The position numbers and the translations under genes are program-made. The notes under the pieces are model-generated. The model was not told the DNA's origin and ran no database searches. It was given only the letters and a program-made list of their open reading frames with translations. A DNA stretch of 64,000 nt from an uncultured delta proteobacterium. Lineage in GTDB: Bacteria; Desulfobacterota; Zymogenia; Zymogenales; Zymogenaceae. Location: positions 288,001-352,000 of the forward strand of contig CAVTLK010000004.1 of NCBI GenBank assembly GCA_963735595.1, read 5' to 3'. Each line of letters starts with the position of its first letter. Position 1 is the stretch's first letter. This document shows, one piece after another, positions 31,291 to 41,711 of the stretch.

Positions 31291-31740
31291 ATGGCGAGGC
31301 AGCTTTCCCTTTACCGTATCTGCTCGTATCTCTTGATCGTCTTTTGTGCCCTCCACACGTTCGGCCTGCTGAGCCGCGCAAGCTACGGGACGGGAGTCGA
31401 TACCGTACGGTCGCTGATGGACTCGGCCGGGTTCACGGTTATGGGCTCGAACGTCACCTGGGGCGGGATGTATCTCGGGCTCGGCCTCCTCTTTTCGGTC
31501 TTTCTTCTCTTTTCCGCATTTCTGGCCTGGTACATGGGCGGGTTCACGGGAAAGCTCGCAGCCCCGTTCCTGCCGATAGGGTGGGCGCTGCTGGCGACCT
31601 TCGCGCTCGTGGCCGGCGTGAGCTGGGCCTACTTTTTTACCGCACCGGGGATTATGGCGACCCTGATTGCGCTGCTGATGGCGGCGGCAAACGTCCTGAT
31701 ATACGCGGGGATAAACAATAAGGGTGTAAGCAAGAGGTGA
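31291..31740 (+). CDS. Hypothetical 4-TM membrane protein
   Basis: LHT.G N-terminal motif, YFF.AP, four hydrophobic segments. Confidence 0.7.
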   Translation: MARQLSLYRICSYLLIVFCALHTFGLLSRASYGTGVDTVRSLMDSAGFTVMGSNVTWGGMYLGLGLLFSVFLLFSAFLAWYMGGFTGKLAAPFLPIGWALLATFALVAGVSWAYFFTAPGIMATLIALLMAAANVLIYAGINNKGVSKR

Positions 31741-31791
31741 AGCGTAAAGCGTTACCGAGGGTTTACGCCGGATATCATTGAGGAGGGAATA

Positions 31792-32427
31792 ATGCATAAG
31801 AGGTCTTTCCTATTAGCTTTGATTTGTACGTTCTTACCTTTAGTCGTTTCGTGCTATACAATGCCACCAGTTAAGCCAGAAAAAGTACAGATTGATAACA
31901 TATTTACTGTTGATATTCCCTCTGATAAGGTTTTCGATGCCTTTATAGATTACTTTAGGGACAAGAATCTTACCTTGATAACGTCTGACGACTTTACTGG
32001 AAAGATTGTTACAGATGACATTATGATTACCGATACAAACATGTATGAATTCTATTATGACTATGTCAAAGAGAATAGGGTTGAACCCTACTATGGCATG
32101 CATAAAGGACAGTTCAATAGGATGCTCCTCGACGGAGAAAAAGTTAGATTTGAATATTGCGACTGTGGGAACGCCATGCATTTGTCGCTTTCTAGATCAA
32201 AAGATAAATACAATGAATGGCAGAATCTTTTTTATCATTATGAAATAGATATAAGAAAGGAATCGAGTACAACGACATCTTTCAGAGTACAAACGAAGTT
32301 CTGGACAGAGCTGTTTACATTCGGTGGAATATACTTCTCTTATGAAGGTATTTGGGACTGCTATTCCACAGGGGAATACGAAAAGAAGCTAATTGAAGAA
32401 GTAAAGACGAAATACTTAAAGAAGTAG
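31792..32427 (+). CDS. Low-GC hypothetical lipoprotein
   Basis: GAGGAGG RBS, lipobox VVSC, C-terminal C.STG..E motif; visibly AT-rich. Confidence 0.8.
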   Translation: MHKRSFLLALICTFLPLVVSCYTMPPVKPEKVQIDNIFTVDIPSDKVFDAFIDYFRDKNLTLITSDDFTGKIVTDDIMITDTNMYEFYYDYVKENRVEPYYGMHKGQFNRMLLDGEKVRFEYCDCGNAMHLSLSRSKDKYNEWQNLFYHYEIDIRKESSTTTSFRVQTKFWTELFTFGGIYFSYEGIWDCYSTGEYEKKLIEEVKTKYLKK

Positions 32428-32590
32428 TACCCCTTACTTAAGTTGTGCGATTCGTAGAGTTGGTTTCAACTTTTTCAACAACAAATCGAGCCGGTAGTTT
32501 TGTTTCCTCGCAATGGGAGAGAGTCGAATCTGATTCTCCCGCCGCTTCACGGCAAATACCCCAGGTCAGGCATATTCCCGTACGTAATTA

Positions 32591-33187
32591 TCAAGAGCTG
32601 CGTCGAGTTGAGGCCGTAGGAAAAGGTCCCGGGTCCGCGCGCCACATCGTCTCCAGCGCCCGGATCAGGTCGGCCGTGCTGTCGTAGGGGCGGCTTATCC
32701 TCCCGTCGGTAAACCCGTCGGGGTAGCCCTGCAGGTAGTATTCCTTTCGCGTGGCCTCGTCGTGAAACAGCACGATCCGGTGGTCGAATATCTCGCCCCC
32801 ACGCCGGAAATGCATTTCGAGCACGTCGACGGTATACCCCATCTTCTCCAGGGCGCTGCCGATAAACAGCGAATAGTCCTCGCAGTCGCCGCTCCGGTCA
32901 TACATAAACCGGCGGACGCTCTTGAGCCTGTCTTGCTTATCCTCCTGATATCTGAAATTGGAGAAAACGTAGGCCTCGACATCCTTCGGGGTTTTGAACG
33001 TCGCGACGAGATTATTAAACGGGTCCTTGCTTGCGGTCCTCATGTGCTGGGCGGGTTGGGCGGGAAGGGCAATTGACGCAATGAGCAATAGTATTACCGA
33101 TATTGAGGCGGCCAATGCTATCGAAGGATTATGTCTTCCGGTTAGATTATCCCACGTATCAAAAGGGGCGTATTGTTTCGTAATCAC
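32591..33187 (-). CDS. Transglutaminase-like (papain-fold) protein; ends uncertain
   Basis: GDCEDY Cys motif, downstream H (DHRIV), N-terminal hydrophobic helix; possible C-terminal frameshift extending to 32548. Confidence 0.65.
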   Translation of the reverse strand: MITKQYAPFDTWDNLTGRHNPSIALAASISVILLLIASIALPAQPAQHMRTASKDPFNNLVATFKTPKDVEAYVFSNFRYQEDKQDRLKSVRRFMYDRSGDCEDYSLFIGSALEKMGYTVDVLEMHFRRGGEIFDHRIVLFHDEATRKEYYLQGYPDGFTDGRISRPYDSTADLIRALETMWRADPGPFPTASTRRSS

Positions 33188-33204
33188 CTTCTTGCCGGAT
33201 ACTC

Positions 33205-33606
33205 CCCGTTTTGCGGACACCATATGTGGTGTCCCTACGGGTCCAAACAGGTAACGGGTTGCAGGCCGTAGGGGCACGATACATCGTGCCCGTTCTGATA
33301 CGTATGCGGGCGGCGAGGTTGCCGTGGCCCCTAACGGGGCCTCGCAATGACAATAATAATCGCCGCCTGAGGCGGCATTGTTAAGCGTTGCCGCTCCGAC
33401 GGGATACCGGATTACGGTGACAGTCAGGGGATTGCTTCGTCGGCTACGCCTCCTCGCAATGACGGCGAAGTATGCGGGCGGTGCGGAGGCCGTCTCCCCG
33501 CGACACGAACTAGGGTGATAAGCAGGGGTTCGACCATCACCCCACAAATGCAAGCATTTGTGGGGGCCCCGATGAAGGGGCTACCCCGCACCCCTCGCAA
33601 TGACGA
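33205..33606. repeat. REP-like cluster
   Basis: GGACACCATATGTGGTGTCCCTAC, GTAGGGGCACGATACATCGTGCCC, three CTCGCAATGAC units. Confidence 0.82.
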
Positions 33607-33629
33607 TGGCTCGACAACCCCCGATCAGA

Positions 33630-35222
33630 TCACTCCTCCTCGATCTCGCTCAGGATGCTTTTTATCACCCCCAGCCGGTCGGAGACCTTCTTCCTGCCCG
33701 CGATGCCCTTCTTCTCGATCGTGTCGATCCTCTCCTTGATATAGGCCAGGTCCTTCTTGAACTTCCCGGAGAATATCTCGATTTTTTCGCCCGCCTCCGT
33801 GACCGAGAGCGACCGGAATTCCTTTCCGGGAAGGAGCTGTACCGTCTCTCCCCAGTCGGGCACGTAGGTCTTGAGCGAAAGCTCGCCGGTGAGCGTGCGG
33901 GCAAAGTCGAACGCCGCCCGCTCCTCCCCGTGTATCACAAACGTCATGGGGTCGGCCCCCCGAAAGTGCGATGCCCAGTCAAGGAGACCGTCCCGGTCGG
34001 CGTGGGCGGACAGGCCGTTGATGGTGTAGATCTTGGCGTTTACCTGGATCTCCTCTCCGAAAATACGGACCATGTCGTCCCCGTTGACGATGCGCCGGCC
34101 CAGTGTGCCCTCGGCCTGGAAGCCGACGAAGATTATCGTGGTCTCGGGCCGCCAGAGGTTGTGGCGCAGGTGGTGCTTGATCCTGCCGCCGTCGCACATC
34201 CCGGACGAGGAGATGATAACGGCGCTTCCCTTGAGCGTGTTGACCGCCATCGATTCCTCGGTGGAGCGGGTGAATTTCAGTGCCGGGATGTCCAGCGGGC
34301 GCTTCCCCTCGGCCATCAGGTCGTTGATGTCCTGGTCGAAGCAGTCGGGGTTGTTCTTGATGATCTGCGTCGCCGAGGTGGCCATGGGGCTGTCGACGAT
34401 GATCGGCACGTTCGGGAGCTTTCCCGCGCGCGACAGCTCGGCCAGGTAGTAGATGATCTCCTGGGTCCTGCCAACCGCAAAGGACGGGATGATGACCTTG
34501 CCGCCCCGGCCGATCGTTGCCAGCAGCGCCTCGGTGAATTCCTCCTTGCTCTCCTCGATGGTCTTGTGCAGGCGGTTGCCGTAGGTGGATTCGATAAACA
34601 GGAAATCGGCCTCGGTGATCACCGAGGGGTCCCGGATGATGGGCTGGCCGCTGGTGCCCACGTCGCCCGAAAAGACAAGCTTGGTCTTCTTGCCCCCGGT
34701 ATCCGCCCATATCTCCAGCATGCCGGAGCCCAGGATGTGCCCCGCGTCCCGAAAGACCACCTCGATCCCCGGTACGGGCGAGACCTTTTTGTCGTAGGCG
34801 ACCGGCTCGAAATGCGTCATGGCGCGCTCGGCGTCCCTGACGGTGTAGAGGGGAGGGGTATCGCCGATGCCGCGGCGCCGGTTCTTGCTCGTCTTCCAGC
34901 GCGATTCCATCTCCTGGATATGGGCGCTGTCTGCCAGCATCAGACCGCAGAGGTCGGTCGTGGCGCGGGTGGCGTGGATGCGGCCCGAAAAACCGTCCCT
35001 GACGAGCTTCGGGATCAGGCCGCTGTGGTCGATATGGGCATGCGTCAGGACGACCGCGTCGATATCTCGCGGGTCGTAGATCGTCTCGAGGTAGTTACGG
35101 GCAACGAGGTCCCGCCTGCCCTGAAACATCCCGCAGTCGACCAGGACGTTGGCAGAGTCGGTGGAAATCAGGAACGAAGAGCCGGTGACGGTGCGCGCAC
35201 CGCCGATAAAGCTGATTTTCAT
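33630..35222 (-). CDS. MBL-fold beta-CASP ribonuclease
   Basis: VTGS, DCG, THAHIDHSG, AGHILGS, ESTYGNR, FAVGRTQE, SAHAD, HGE. Confidence 0.93.
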   Translation of the reverse strand: MKISFIGGARTVTGSSFLISTDSANVLVDCGMFQGRRDLVARNYLETIYDPRDIDAVVLTHAHIDHSGLIPKLVRDGFSGRIHATRATTDLCGLMLADSAHIQEMESRWKTSKNRRRGIGDTPPLYTVRDAERAMTHFEPVAYDKKVSPVPGIEVVFRDAGHILGSGMLEIWADTGGKKTKLVFSGDVGTSGQPIIRDPSVITEADFLFIESTYGNRLHKTIEESKEEFTEALLATIGRGGKVIIPSFAVGRTQEIIYYLAELSRAGKLPNVPIIVDSPMATSATQIIKNNPDCFDQDINDLMAEGKRPLDIPALKFTRSTEESMAVNTLKGSAVIISSSGMCDGGRIKHHLRHNLWRPETTIIFVGFQAEGTLGRRIVNGDDMVRIFGEEIQVNAKIYTINGLSAHADRDGLLDWASHFRGADPMTFVIHGEERAAFDFARTLTGELSLKTYVPDWGETVQLLPGKEFRSLSVTEAGEKIEIFSGKFKKDLAYIKERIDTIEKKGIAGRKKVSDRLGVIKSILSEIEEE

Positions 35223-35518
35223 GATATACCCGATACATGGATGAAAAGGTAGTCTAAATCATACCAGAGGGCGGGCCGCCTTTCAACAGATTTGATCAGC
35301 GGGTCGGACGGGCAAACGTCTCACAACAAAGTCACGATGACAAATAGCGGACGATAGATATGAGGAGGAGGCGTAAGCCCATCGTCCGGGGTTTGGCTTT
35401 TGGCCTTGACCGGCCGCCGGTTGTGTGATACCTAATTATATAGGGTAATACGCAGCGTTTTTACCGGTGCGATCCTGAAACGAGGAACGACCGGGGAGGG
35501 CCGGGAGGAATTTCCATT

Positions 35519-36768
35519 TTGTCCGACTCCGATTATCCGAAACTGCGCAACGTCGAGTTTGTCCCCACCAGCGTCGGGGGGAGGCAGGGGCTCGTGCTCC
35601 GGGACCCGTTTCTCTATACGGACAAGATCCTCTTTATCCCCCGGGAGGTGGTGGGCATCATCCAGTTCTTCGACGGCACCAAGACCTACCGTCAGATCCA
35701 GGAGGAGATACTGAGCCGCTCCGGCAGCAAGGTTGACGCGGGAGACATCAAGAAGGTCGCCGACGAGCTGGAATCAAGCCACTACCTGGTCAGCGAATCG
35801 TTCCTGAAACAGAAGCGCCGCGTCGACGAGGACTTCTTCGGATCGCCCGTCCGCCGGCCTGCCCATGCGGGGGCGGGCTACCGGGCCGAGCCGGACGAGC
35901 TCAGGGCAGAGCTGTCGTCCTATTTCGCCGCGGCGGGCACCGCCGCCGAAGAGCCGGGCCAGACGGCACGCCCGGCAACGGGCTTGTCGCCGCCATCGCC
36001 CCGCACATCAGCATCAACGCCGGGGGCGCCAGCTTCGCGCGCGTTTACGAGGCGATCAGGGCCGCGGGGCCGGCCGATCTCTACGTTATCCTCGGCGTGG
36101 GGCACGCCGGCATCGAAGACCTCTTTGCCGGCACGAAAAAGGAGTTCGCTACCCCGTTGGGACCCGTCGCCACCGACCGCGCCTTCATGGACGACCTCTC
36201 GCGGCGCTTCGGCGACCGGCTCTTTTCGGGCGAGATGCTCCACCGGACCGAGCACACCATCGAATTCCAGACGATATTCCTGAAATACGTCTTCGGGGAC
36301 GCGCCCTTTGCCATCGCGCCGATTTTGACCTCCTTTCCCCATACGATCTTCACCCACGACCGGTTTTCGGCGGTCAGGGAGGTGGCGGAACAGTTCATCG
36401 AGGCGCTCAAGGCGGCCCTGGCGGCCTACCGGGGCCGGGCGGTGGTGCTGGCCTCGGTCGATTTCGCGCACGTGGGGATCAAATACGGGGATGAAGAGCC
36501 CCCGACCGAACAAGAGATCGAACGGGTAAACGAACAGGACCGCCGTATGATCGAGATCATCGCGGCGGGCGACCCGAAGGGATTTCTCGAACACATCGCC
36601 GCCGACGACGACCGGCGCAGGATATGCGGCTTTCCGGCGATCTATACGATGCTCTCGGTCATCGACGGCGCAAAGGGCAGGCTTATCTCGTACGACAGCA
36701 CGGTGATGGACGAGGAGCGCTCCACCGTCACCTTTGCGGCAATGACGTTCGGCTCCGGTTGGAAATAG
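35519..36768 (+). CDS. MEMO1-family (AmmeMemoRadiSam B) protein with N-terminal extension (frameshift at ~35975)
   Basis: R.PAHAG..Y, PHI, LGVGH, TPLG, HRTEHTIEFQ, SVDFAHVG, ICG. Confidence 0.88.
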
Positions 36769-36818
36769 AAGGCCTCATCGAAACCAGTCGTGCTCAAACG
36801 GGCCCGTAGGGCTCAATC

Positions 36819-38072
36819 GTGGCGACGGGCGAGACGAGGGCGCCGGGCCCTTACGATAGTCAGACAATCAACGGCAGACAGGGGGAAACCGCCATTTTCA
36901 GACGATCAAAAAAGACCCTTCTCGTCGTCCCCGTGGGATTTGAGGCGTTCAACTACGGGCCGGGCCACCCGCTGAGGTGGGAGCGGGTAACCTACGCGAT
37001 GGAGCTGATCCATGAATACGGGATGGACGAGCTGGCGAACGCGCTCTATATTTCCCCGCCTCCCGCAACCGAACAGGACGTCCTCTCGTATCACGACCCC
37101 GACTACGTAGCGGCGCTCAAGACGGCCAACAACGGTCACTACCTTCCGGAGCTGGAAAAATATAACATCGGCCCCGGCGATAACCCGGTCTTCCCCGGGA
37201 TATTCGACTTTTCCCTGGCGGTGCTGGGCAACTCCCTTGCGGCCGCCCGGGCCGTGGCCGAGGGGACGGCGTGGGCCGCGTTCAACATGGCCGGCGGGAT
37301 GCACCACTCCATGCGCGACAAGGCGGCGGGTTTTTGCTTCGTCAACGACATCGTCATAGCGATCAACTACCTGCTCTCAAAACGGCTCAAGGTGATGTAC
37401 GTGGACATCGACGCCCACCACGGAGACGGCGTCCAGGCCGCCTTTTACGATACCGACCGGGTTTTGACCCTCTCGTTTCATGAAAGCGGAAAATCGCTCT
37501 TCCCCGGGACCGGCTTCACCGGGGAGCTCGGCCGGGAAAAGGGGAGGGGCTATTCGATCAATGTCCCGCTGCGCTACGGGACCGACGACCGGACGTTTAC
37601 CTGGGCGTTTGACGATATCTTTATACCGATCATAGAGAAATTCTCCCCCGACGTGCTCGTATCGCAGGTCGGGTGCGATATGATGCTTACCGATCCCCTG
37701 GCAAACCTCAACCTGACCTCACAGGGGTACCTCCACGCCATTACCACGATGCGCAAGCACGCAAAACGGTGGATCGCGCTGGGCGGCGGCGGTTATAACC
37801 ATTTCAATACCGCCCGGCTCTGGACGATGGTCTGGGCGGTGATGAACGACCTGCCGATCCCGGATAAACTCCCCGACCGGTTCGTGCAAAAGGCTAAGGA
37901 GGAGGGGTTTGACCTCCAGGGGCTTTCCGATCACCCGTTTCGACTCGACGAATGGCGGAAGCAGGAGGTGATGATTGAGGCGGGAAAGAGCATCCGGGAC
38001 GTCCAGCGGGACATCTTCGGCCTGCTCAAGATCAAGATGAAGAAACGGTTCTTCGACGATATCTTTTCGTAA
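36819..38072 (+). CDS. acuC: AcuC-type histone-deacetylase-family protein
   Basis: GPGHPL, GDNPVF, GGMHH, GFCFVND, DIDAHHGDGVQ, FPGTG, GGGGY; start uncertain. Confidence 0.88.
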   Translation: MATGETRAPGPYDSQTINGRQGETAIFRRSKKTLLVVPVGFEAFNYGPGHPLRWERVTYAMELIHEYGMDELANALYISPPPATEQDVLSYHDPDYVAALKTANNGHYLPELEKYNIGPGDNPVFPGIFDFSLAVLGNSLAAARAVAEGTAWAAFNMAGGMHHSMRDKAAGFCFVNDIVIAINYLLSKRLKVMYVDIDAHHGDGVQAAFYDTDRVLTLSFHESGKSLFPGTGFTGELGREKGRGYSINVPLRYGTDDRTFTWAFDDIFIPIIEKFSPDVLVSQVGCDMMLTDPLANLNLTSQGYLHAITTMRKHAKRWIALGGGGYNHFNTARLWTMVWAVMNDLPIPDKLPDRFVQKAKEEGFDLQGLSDHPFRLDEWRKQEVMIEAGKSIRDVQRDIFGLLKIKMKKRFFDDIFS

Positions 38073-38176
38073 TGCGACCCGTCTCCGGGCCGCCTTTCTT
38101 CCCGAAATAGCCGTTTGTTTTATGGGGGAACCGGCAGGCTTTCCCCCTTTGGATTTTACTCGGTTTGGAGCGGCGC

Positions 38177-39745
38177 ATGCCCCTGACCAGGATTATCGAG
38201 GAGCTGAGCAATCGGCGCGCCTATCCCCACGGCCCTAAGACGGTGCGCGTCATGCAGACCCATATCTCGGTTGTCTTTATTGCCGATGACCTCGTATTCA
38301 AGATCAAAAAACCGGTCAGCTTCGGATTCCTGGACTTCTCCGACCTGGACCGGCGCAAGTACTACTGCAATGAGGAAGTCAGGCTCAACAAGAGGCTCTG
38401 CCCCGATATCTACCTCGGGGTCGTCCCGGTTACCGACGACGGGACGGGGGCCGTGATCGAGGGTACAGGCCCGGTCGTCGAATACGCCGTCAAAATGAAA
38501 CGGCTCCCGGAAGATTGTATGATGGACGGCCTGCTTTCCCGCGGCGCGGTTTCGGCCGGCGACGTGGGCCGGATAGCCGACGTCCTCGTCCCTTTTTACC
38601 GCGGTGCCCTAAGCAGCCCGAGGGTCGACCGATTCGGGGCCATGCCGGTCATCGGGCTCAATTGCGACGAGAACTTCAACCAGACGCGGCCCTACGTCGG
38701 GAAAACGATATCTCCCGAGCTCTTCGAAGGCGTCAAGGAGTTTACGGAGCATACCTTCAAGACGAAGGCCGATCTCTTCGAAGAGCGGGTACGGGGCGGG
38801 TTCATACGGGAGGGACACGGCGACCTCCATTCCCGAAACATCTGCGTAACGCCGGAGAACGTCTATATCTATGACTGCATCGAGTTCAACGAGCGGTTCA
38901 GGATGGGCGACGTTGCCCAGGATATCGCGTTTCTTTCCATGGACCTCGACTTCTTCCGGTATCCCGCCCTGTCGCGCGCCTTTATCGACGCGTACGTCGC
39001 CCGGTCGGGCGATACGGGCCTTGCCGGTCTCGTCGGTTTTTACGCCTGCTACCATGCCTTTTCGCGGGGCAAGGTCATCAGCTTTGAGCTGGGGGAGGCC
39101 GAGATAGATAGCGAGGAGAAAGAGCGGGCGGCCGCAAGCGCCCGCGCCTACTTTCACCTGGCCCACCACTATGCGGTCAGGGAGACGAGCCCTTTTCTCG
39201 TGATTACCTTCGGGCTGGCAGGGACCGGGAAGAGCGGGATCGCCGACGACCTCGCCCGAGAGATGGGGCTTGAGATCATCCGGTCCGACGAGGTGAGAAA
39301 GGAGATCGCCGGGGTCGATCGAGAAGAACACCATTACGGGCGGTTCGGGGAGGGTATCTACTCGCGGCGCATGACCGAAAAGACCTACGAAGCCATGTTC
39401 GACCGGGCCAAGCGGATGCTCGCGGATAACCGGTCGGTGATCCTGGACGCCTGTTTCCTCGCGGAGCGCGAGAGAAAGCGCGCCCGTGAGATCGCCGAAG
39501 AGACGGGGTCGCGCTTTACCATCATCGCGGTGACCGCTCCCGACGAGGTCGTGAAAAAGAGGATTTCCCAACGGATGAAGGAAAAGAGCGTATCGGATGC
39601 GACCCTTGAGGTGTATCTCAAGCAGAAGATCGTCTGCCAGCCGTTGACCGGCCGCGAACAGGCCGATGCCCTCGGCCTGGATACGACCCACGACCAACGG
39701 GACAACGTGCGCGCTGCCGTCGGACGGCTGCTGCTGGCCCCATAG
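38177..39745 (+). CDS. Fused phosphotransferase-like/AAA_33 kinase protein
   Basis: THIS, KIKKPV, EVRLN, HGDLH..NI, DCIEFN; P-loop GLAGTGKS, RSDEVRK, SDAT. Confidence 0.88.
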   Translation: MPLTRIIEELSNRRAYPHGPKTVRVMQTHISVVFIADDLVFKIKKPVSFGFLDFSDLDRRKYYCNEEVRLNKRLCPDIYLGVVPVTDDGTGAVIEGTGPVVEYAVKMKRLPEDCMMDGLLSRGAVSAGDVGRIADVLVPFYRGALSSPRVDRFGAMPVIGLNCDENFNQTRPYVGKTISPELFEGVKEFTEHTFKTKADLFEERVRGGFIREGHGDLHSRNICVTPENVYIYDCIEFNERFRMGDVAQDIAFLSMDLDFFRYPALSRAFIDAYVARSGDTGLAGLVGFYACYHAFSRGKVISFELGEAEIDSEEKERAAASARAYFHLAHHYAVRETSPFLVITFGLAGTGKSGIADDLAREMGLEIIRSDEVRKEIAGVDREEHHYGRFGEGIYSRRMTEKTYEAMFDRAKRMLADNRSVILDACFLAERERKRAREIAEETGSRFTIIAVTAPDEVVKKRISQRMKEKSVSDATLEVYLKQKIVCQPLTGREQADALGLDTTHDQRDNVRAAVGRLLLAP

Positions 39746-39788
39746 CGGGGTGTGACCGTATTCACAGAATGAAAGGTGGTTACCTGAG

Positions 39789-40796
39789 ATGATAGTAAGA
39801 ACCGGCGCCGCTTCGAAACGCTACGATGTCTGCGGAATCGGCAGCCCGCTGCTCGATTTTATCGTCGAGGTGGACGACGGCCTGCTTGCCGAGATCGACA
39901 TGCAAAAGGGGCACATGCACCTTATCGACGAAGAGCAGAGCGGGCGCATCCTCGGCATGATCGAGAAGGGCTACCGGGTCAAGACCGCGCCGGGCGGCTC
40001 GTCGGCCAATACGCTGGCCTGCGTCGCCGCGCTCGGGGGCAGCGCCGTCTTTCTGGGTAAGATCGGGGACGACTACCACGGGACGGTATACGAACAGAGC
40101 ACCGTGGACTCCGGCGTCCAGTCGCGGCTGAGCAGGCACCAATCGGGGATAACCGGGCACGCGATCACCTTCATCACGCCGGATTCGGAGCGGACATTCG
40201 CGACCCATCTGGGGGCGGCGCTCCACTTCCGAAAGGACGACGTCTTCGACGAGGATATCAGGCAGAGCCGAATCCTGCACATTGAGGGATATCAGCTGGA
40301 AGACCCGGAGCTCAAGGAGACATGCGTTCACGCAATGGAGGTCGCGCGTAACTCGGGGGGTAAGGTTTCCATTGACCTTGCCGACCCCGCGCTCATCGGC
40401 AGGAACCTCGAGCCGATCAGGGACCTGGTGAGAGAACGGGCCGATATTATCTTCGTCAACGAAATGGAGGCGCGGGCCTTTACCGGGCTTTCCGACGAGG
40501 AACAAGCGCTGGCCGCGATATATGATATGTGCGAGGTGGCCGTGGTCAAGCTCGGCGACCGGGGAAGCCTCATCGAGGCAGACGGACGGGTCATCAGGGT
40601 GCCGATCTACCCGGTGGCGGTCGTCAACAGCAACGGGGCGGGAGACGCCTACGCGGCCGGTATCCTCTTTTCCATCGCGCGCGGCATAGACTTCGAGCGG
40701 GCGGGAAGGATTGCGGCCTACGTTGCAGCCCAGGTCGTCGGCAGCGTCAGCGCCCGGCCGGAGCGGAACCTGGCCGTCGAGATAGAGAATCTTTAA
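39789..40796 (+). CDS. PfkB-family (adenosine kinase-like) kinase
   Basis: GGSSANT, G.IGDD..G, ERTF, NE.EA, GAGDAYAAG. Confidence 0.9.
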   Translation: MIVRTGAASKRYDVCGIGSPLLDFIVEVDDGLLAEIDMQKGHMHLIDEEQSGRILGMIEKGYRVKTAPGGSSANTLACVAALGGSAVFLGKIGDDYHGTVYEQSTVDSGVQSRLSRHQSGITGHAITFITPDSERTFATHLGAALHFRKDDVFDEDIRQSRILHIEGYQLEDPELKETCVHAMEVARNSGGKVSIDLADPALIGRNLEPIRDLVRERADIIFVNEMEARAFTGLSDEEQALAAIYDMCEVAVVKLGDRGSLIEADGRVIRVPIYPVAVVNSNGAGDAYAAGILFSIARGIDFERAGRIAAYVAAQVVGSVSARPERNLAVEIENL

Positions 40797-40819
40797 CGTA
40801 TATCCACAAGGAGAACAAC

Positions 40820-41527
40820 ATGAAACTCAAGAGAAAAAATCCGATCTTCTTAGTCGCCTTTTTAGCGGCGGCAATGTGCCTGCTGTCCGTGTCCGCCTTC
40901 GCCCAGGCCGGGGGCGCGTCGCTGACGATCCCGAAGCGGGGGTATGCCCCCGGGGAGTCGATCACCGCAACGTTTAATGCGCCTCCCGGCCTTCCCAACA
41001 ATGCCTGGGTGGGAGTCATCCCCTCGTCGGTCCCGCACGGAAGCGAAGTGACCAACGACCAGAACGATATCTCCTACAAGTACCTGGAGGGCAAGACCTA
41101 CGGAACCCTCGTATTTACCGCACCCACTACTCCGGGCAACTACGACCTGCGGATGAACAGCTCGGATAACAGCGGGGCCGAGCTGACCTACGTTTCCTTT
41201 ACCGTGTCGGGCGGCGCGGCGCCCTCCCCGGCTTCGCTGAGCCTGAATACGTACAGCGTATCTCCCGGGGGGTCGATCGCCGTAACTTTTAGCGCCCCGG
41301 CGGGGCTTTCCTCCAACGCGTGGATCGGGATAATCCCCTCGTGGGTGGCCCACGGCAGCGAGGCGACCAACGATCAGTACGACCTGTCCTATCAATACCT
41401 CCAGGGAAGGACCTCGGGCACGCTCTACTTCAGCGCTCCGACGACTCCCGGCTCGTACGACTTCCGCATGCACAGCACCGATGACAACGGGACGGAGCTG
41501 ACGTCCGTCACCTTTAGCGTCAGGTAG
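40820..41527 (+). CDS. Secreted protein with two tandem beta-sandwich repeats
   Basis: AAGGAG RBS, signal peptide, two ~97-aa repeats (AWxGxIPS..HGSE.TNDQ.D.SY.YL.G..GTL.F.APTTPG.YD.RM). Confidence 0.82.
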   Translation: MKLKRKNPIFLVAFLAAAMCLLSVSAFAQAGGASLTIPKRGYAPGESITATFNAPPGLPNNAWVGVIPSSVPHGSEVTNDQNDISYKYLEGKTYGTLVFTAPTTPGNYDLRMNSSDNSGAELTYVSFTVSGGAAPSPASLSLNTYSVSPGGSIAVTFSAPAGLSSNAWIGIIPSWVAHGSEATNDQYDLSYQYLQGRTSGTLYFSAPTTPGSYDFRMHSTDDNGTELTSVTFSVR

Positions 41528-41549
41528 GCCGCCGGCCTATACGCTCACC

Positions 41550-41607
41550 AGGGGGTCTCGATTAACCGCGCCGCGGGGCGGTGAAAGATCGAGACCCCCT
41601 TTTTTTG
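41550..41607 (+). terminator. Intrinsic terminator
   Basis: GGGGGTCTCGAT..ATCGAGACCCCC followed by a T8 tract. Confidence 0.75.
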
Positions 41608-41657
41608 TCCGGCCGCCCGCCCGAAATCGGGCCGACGGGTACGGCCACTCATTTTGC

Positions 41658-41686
41658 TTGAGAAATCCCCAAAAATATGATAGAGT
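41658..41686 (+). promoter_or_regulatory. Putative sigma70 promoter for the selA run
   Basis: TTGAGA-17 nt-TAGAGT with an extended -10 TG. Confidence 0.5.
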
Positions 41687-41711
41687 TTCACGCAAATTAC
41701 CGAGTGGCGTC

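Noticed and set aside
35305..35388. c-di-GMP-I riboswitch (GGCAAAC..AAGCC resemblance)
   Set aside because: Lacks the GNRA-capped P2, GACGCAAAGC core and P3 receptor.
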